Shown here in pieces: positions 35,768 to 40,168 of a stretch of DNA of 40,168 nt (the first letter of the stretch is position 1; each line of letters begins with the position of its first letter). The stretch is from a virus. Lineage: Duplodnaviria; Heunggongvirae; Uroviricota; Caudoviricetes. The stretch lies in the IMG/VR virus record IMGVR_UViG_3300029305_011675; one strand, written 5' to 3'. Below the pieces are notes generated by a model. The model made no database searches. It worked only from the letters and a program-made list of their open reading frames with translations, and was not told where the DNA came from. Made by a program: the position numbers and the translations under genes.

Positions 35768-38215
35768 TTGAAGCAATATAATGCAGATAGCATTACCGTA
35801 TTGGAAGGTTTAGACCCTGTACGAAAAAGACCAGGTATGTATATCGGTTCTACATCAGTAAAAGGATTAAACCATCTAATATTTGAAATTGTGGATAACT
35901 CCGTTGATGAACACCTTTCTGGTTATTGCGACAAAATCATTGTGAGCCTGAACAAAGACGGTTCAGCAACAATTGAGGACAATGGTCGTGGTATTCCAGT
36001 AGATATTCATGCGAAAGGTTATCCAGCAGAAAGAATTATCTTTACCACACTCCATGCTGGCGGTAAGTTTGATAATTCAAACTACAAAACATCTGGTGGT
36101 TTGCACGGTGTTGGTTCTTCTGTTGTTAATGCACTATCTTCAAAGATGATAGTAACTATCAAAAAAGATGGTTTTGTGCATTATGACGAATATGCTTTTG
36201 GCAAACCCGCTTTTCCATTAAAGAAAAACGAACCACTCCCCACAAAAGGAAAAACGAAGGAAACTGGAACAACAGTTACTTTTTACCCAGATGAAACAAT
36301 TTTTGATACTACAAAATTCAAGGCATCATCTATTGAACAAAGATTGCACGAAACAGCATTCCTAAATCCAAACTTAACAATCGTTTTTAGAAATGATAGA
36401 GATGATTTACCAGAAAAGGTATTTCACGAAGAAGATGGATTAAAAGGTTTTGTCTTATCGTTAACAAAAGATAAAGAAAAGAGCACACCCGTTGCATTTA
36501 TCAACGGTGAAAAAGATGGAATTATTTTTGAGTGTGCCTTTCAATATGTTAATGAATTTGGAGACAATCTAATTGGTTTTTGTAACAACATCAACACTGT
36601 TGAAGGCGGAACACATATTGATGGTTTCAAAGCAGGATTTGCCCGTATTCTCAATCAATATGCGAGAGATATTGGTTCTCTCAAGGAAAAAGACCCGAAC
36701 TTCACAGGCAATGACACAAGAAATGGTATGGTTTGTGTTCTTTCTATCAAACACCCAGCACCTCGTTTCGAAGGTCAAACAAAAACAAAGTTAGACAATA
36801 CGGATGCTAAAAACATAATTCAATCCATATTAAACACAGAACTGCAGGTTTTCTTCGATAGAAATGTTGATGTATTGAAGACAATTATTGCAAGTGCTGA
36901 AAAATCGGCAAAATTACGCCGAGAAGAAGAAAAAATCAAAACAAATATTGCCGATAAGAAATTCTCATTTGAAGGCAACGGAAAACTTTCGAGACAAGAA
37001 TCCAATGATGCCTCAAAATGCGAAATCTTTATCGTTGAGGGTGAGAGAAAGATTTGCCCTTATCCTTCTTTCCTGCTATCACAGGGGTAAATACAATGTA
37101 TTTGCTAACGAGGAAGACTGACCGTTATCCTTGAATGTCAAAACAAGGTTAGGCGAAGTTAATCTCGTGGAAGTTGTAAAATACAACTCTGTATCGACTA
37201 TCTCCGTTGTTGGAGAGTACTGGTGTTATTGATACACACTGGGAAATGTTGGACACGATGATGACCTGACAAGTCGGAGTGAAGAAATAGTCAGTTCCAT
37301 AAGAAATTGTGGTTGTAACGAAATCTGCAGGCGGTTCAGCAAAAACCGCAAGAAACAGAAAATATCAAGCAATCCTCCCAATTCGAGGTAAAATTCTTAA
37401 TGTTGAAAGACAATCGATTGGAAAAATTTTAGACAATGCCGAAATTAAGGCAATGATAAATGCTTTCGGTTGTGGTTTTTCAACTGGTCTTGGTAATGAT
37501 TTTGATATTTCAAAACTCAATTATGATAAAATCATAATCATGGCTGACGCGGATATTGACGGCGGGCACATCAGAACACTTTTATTAACATTTTTTTATA
37601 GATTTATGCCAGAACTTATTTATGCTGGTAAAGTTTATAATGCGATGCCTCCGCTATATCGAGCAAAAACATCAAAGTCTGAAGTTTATATGTATTCCGA
37701 CAAAGAATTAGAAGAATACAGAAAAACACATAAGAATTTTGATATACAACGGTACAAAGGGTACGAGTAGTCTGGCCCTTATCTACTTTTCCTCTATCAG
37801 AGGGGTCACACAATGTGTGGCTAACGAGGGATATTCCTACTACAACATATAGTTGTGAATGAGGATGGTCTCGTGTGAAATAAGATTTTTAATCTTTAAT
37901 CATGTATCGACTATCTCCGTTGTTGGAGAGTACAACTGTTATTGATACACAGTTGGAAAAGGTAGAGTCTATGAAGGCAGTTAGTTACCAGCCAGAGACA
38001 AGAAATAGTCAGCACCGATAGTAATATCGGATAAAAGCGTAGGCGAAATGGATGCAAAACAATTGTGGGAAACCACGATGAATCCAGAAACAAGAAAACT
38101 CAAAAAAGTTGAAATTGAAGATGCTATCGAAGCAAATAATATCACTTCTATTCTTATGGGCAATGATGTGCCAGCAAGAAGAGAATTTATTATGTCGAGC
38201 GATAACTTTTCATAA
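35768..38215 (+). CDS. gyrB: Type IIA topoisomerase B subunit (GyrB/ParE), three exons: 35768-37042, 37321-37762, 38040-38215; about 630 aa spliced
   Basis: [38 protein letters not shown]. Splicing restores [13 protein letters not shown] and RYKG|LGEM, and keeps MADADIDG. gyrB versus parE is not resolved. Confidence 0.9.
37043..37320 (+). ncRNA. Group I intron 1 (278 nt, no ORF)
   Basis: 5' exon ends in U (GAGGGU pairs with IGS GCCCUU); P10 AGAUUU pairs with exon AAAUCU; R-like gtatcgactat; S-like gaagaaatagtc; terminal G. Confidence 0.9.
37763..38039 (+). ncRNA. Group I intron 2 (277 nt, no ORF)
   Basis: 5' exon AAGGGU pairs with IGS GCCCUU; P10 GUCUG pairs with exon UAGGC; same R and S elements; terminal G; splicing restores KGLGEM. 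Confidence 0.9.
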
Positions 38216-38250
38216 TTTTTCTAAATAAAATACAAAAAGGAGTATATCTT

Positions 38251-38874
38251 ATGAAAAAAATATTATGTTTAATTTTATCGGTTTTGTTGCTATTCTCTAT
38301 AGTTGCTTGTGGTCAAAACAACAATACTACCAATAACACTGATGAAAGTATTGTTCAAGACACCACAGAAGACGAAACACAAACCGAACCCACAACAGAA
38401 GATACCAAACCTGTTGAGGATGAAATAACAAAAAACGAAGAAGTGGATGACGGTGAATACAAAAGTCAAACTTACATCATCTATAATCTAACAAACGATT
38501 TGTCCAATAGTTCAACAGTCAGACTCCATTTCACGAATAAAAAATATGGAAATTCCGAAACATTAGGCGATTATTCTCGTATATTTAGGGATGATGACGG
38601 AAACATTCTTGGAGTTATTTCTTTGTATCAAGAGCAGTATCTTTCTATTAGCAGCGAATTTACCGTCGAAGAAATGAAAGATATAGAAATTTCATCAGAT
38701 TATGCTTGGACAATTAAAAAGTTAACTACATCAGAACAAACAAAGTATAGACTTTTTACCAAAGCAGGAAATGAGGAAACTGTTTTTGATTTAATCCTTC
38801 AGGGCGATGATATTGAAATTCTAAAAGAAATTGCTGGATGTATGGTTGTTGAGTCTTGGGAAAACAGAAAGTAA
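38251..38874 (+). CDS. Lipoprotein of unknown function
   Basis: MKKILCLILSVLLLFSIVA|CG lipobox followed by a T/E/D-rich linker; terminator at 38886-38914. Confidence 0.8.
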   Translation: MKKILCLILSVLLLFSIVACGQNNNTTNNTDESIVQDTTEDETQTEPTTEDTKPVEDEITKNEEVDDGEYKSQTYIIYNLTNDLSNSSTVRLHFTNKKYGNSETLGDYSRIFRDDDGNILGVISLYQEQYLSISSEFTVEEMKDIEISSDYAWTIKKLTTSEQTKYRLFTKAGNEETVFDLILQGDDIEILKEIAGCMVVESWENRK

Positions 38875-38976
38875 ATACACAATACAAATCTCCACCTTTA
38901 TGGTGGAGATTTTTCATTGACAAAAAGAAGAAAATCATTTATATTTAGTTTATCAAGTATGAAAGGATGATTTCTT

Positions 38977-40168
38977 ATGAAATTTAATTACAAATCCCGT
39001 AAGGGTTTCACACTAATTGAACTACTTGTGGTCATTGGTATTCTTGCTGTGCTCGCAGCAATTGCCATTCCAAGTGTTGCTGGTTTGATTGACAGAGCAA
39101 ATGTTTCTGCCGACAATACCAATGCTAATGAATATACTAATGCAATCGAAAGATTCGCAAGCGAATACGAACTCTATTGTCAGGATATTGCCAGTGGTGT
39201 CATTAAAGACGAAAATGGCGATGGCAAACCAGATGGCGATTTAGATAGTGCACAAGGTAGAGTATTCAATGTAACTGGTGCTGTATCTCGTGAAGACATC
39301 ACTAATTTAGAAAGCAATGGACACTTAAATTCTAAAATTAGTAGAGATACTAAATACCCACTAAATACATATACACTTGAAGCCATTATTCAAAATTATA
39401 CAAAAACATCAAGCGCAACATTTGAACCAAAACAATCAGATTGCAGTTATTGGTACAATCCAGATTGTGGTATTGTTGTAGTTGCTGATACTAATGCCTC
39501 TATTGCACAACTTAATGATTTAGTGGTTTCTGGCAAGGATGCAAAAGGAAATGCACTTGATGATAATTATGCAAATTGGTGTAATGTAACATCTGACTCG
39601 CAAGTACCAATGGTAAAAACAATAACTTTTAGTTTTGCTGGTTATAGATTTACAGCAAAAGAAGGTCAAACTTGGGAAGAATGGTTGAATGAACATCCAG
39701 AATATCAAAGAACAACTCCAACACCAGAAATTTACTTTGACTTTATGCATGATGATGCTATAAGAATTTATACACCAAAACATACATCCGCTGATTCTTG
39801 GAGTTTAAGTGGTGCGCCAGATTCTTATTGGGTCGAAAGAACCCATGTTATAGTTGATGGAAGAGATTATCAACCAATCCATTGGTGTTGCTTTGATGCT
39901 GGTTCACAAGTTTTGATGGCAGATGGAACAACCAAGAACATTGAAGATGTTATTGTTGGTGATATGGTAATGTCACTCAATGAAACTACTGGCGAATTTG
40001 TTGCACAACCAGTAACCAATACCATTATCAAGCACAATTCTGATGACCTTGTATATGTAAATCTTTCTGATGGTACACAAATCGGAATGAGAGCATATCA
40101 TCCACTCCTCACCACAGATGGCTGGAAATCTTTGAGACCAGAAATGGTTGAGACAATTACTGATGTTG
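38977..40168 (+). CDS. Type IV prepilin-like protein with a C-terminal Hint (hedgehog/intein-like) domain, open at the window end
   Basis: Manually translated, absent from the ORF track. RKG|FTLIELLVVIGILAVLAAIAIP; from 39889 CFDAGSQVLMADGTTKNIEDVIVGDMVMS...HPLLTTDGW. Promoter ttgaca-17-tatatt at 38917-38945. Confidence 0.85.
   Translation, partial: MKFNYKSRKGFTLIELLVVIGILAVLAAIAIPSVAGLIDRANVSADNTNANEYTNAIERFASEYELYCQDIASGVIKDENGDGKPDGDLDSAQGRVFNVTGAVSREDITNLESNGHLNSKISRDTKYPLNTYTLEAIIQNYTKTSSATFEPKQSDCSYWYNPDCGIVVVADTNASIAQLNDLVVSGKDAKGNALDDNYANWCNVTSDSQVPMVKTITFSFAGYRFTAKEGQTWEEWLNEHPEYQRTTPTPEIYFDFMHDDAIRIYTPKHTSADSWSLSGAPDSYWVERTHVIVDGRDYQPIHWCCFDAGSQVLMADGTTKNIEDVIVGDMVMSLNETTGEFVAQPVTNTIIKHNSDDLVYVNLSDGTQIGMRAYHPLLTTDGWKSLRPEMVETITDV

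Noticed and set aside
35759-38215. Inteins or frameshifted pseudogene as the explanation for the broken gyrB
   Set aside because: The interruptions contain stop codons and group I intron elements, and precise removal restores both conserved motifs.
1-40168. Stop-codon reassignment as seen in some large gut phages
   Set aside because: Genes are full length under the standard code; the breaks seen are explained by introns, an IS or deletions.

Overview
AT-rich window read with the standard genetic code. It looks like the accessory/metabolic region of a large extrachromosomal element (most plausibly a large phage or megaplasmid) of a low-GC Bacillota/Clostridia host. That assignment is an inference, because no virion, integrase or replication-initiator gene is visible. 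Most genes are short transcription units, each with a near-consensus sigmaA promoter and a hairpin terminator. The window contains: five DNA adenine methyltransferase genes (one truncated, one an orphan HsdM) plus a DUF262-HNH nuclease; three paralogous type IV prepilin-like genes with different C-terminal cargo (LRR, none, Hint domain); a truncated serpin lipoprotein; an ABC exporter pair; two radical SAM enzymes; three otherwise unrelated proteins sharing an N-terminal MK(F/I)RxGFVTNSSSSSF motif; a roughly 500-nt highly structured orphan transcript; a tnpB-only IS200/IS605-family element inside a decayed deoC; ung and other nucleotide-metabolism genes; and a gyrB/parE gene split by two related ORF-less group I introns. 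The strongest leads are the radical SAM/SPASM plus NSSSSSF-motif proteins, the large candidate ncRNA, the modular pilin family with a Hint domain, and the twin introns. All family calls come from motif recognition by eye; no searches were run.
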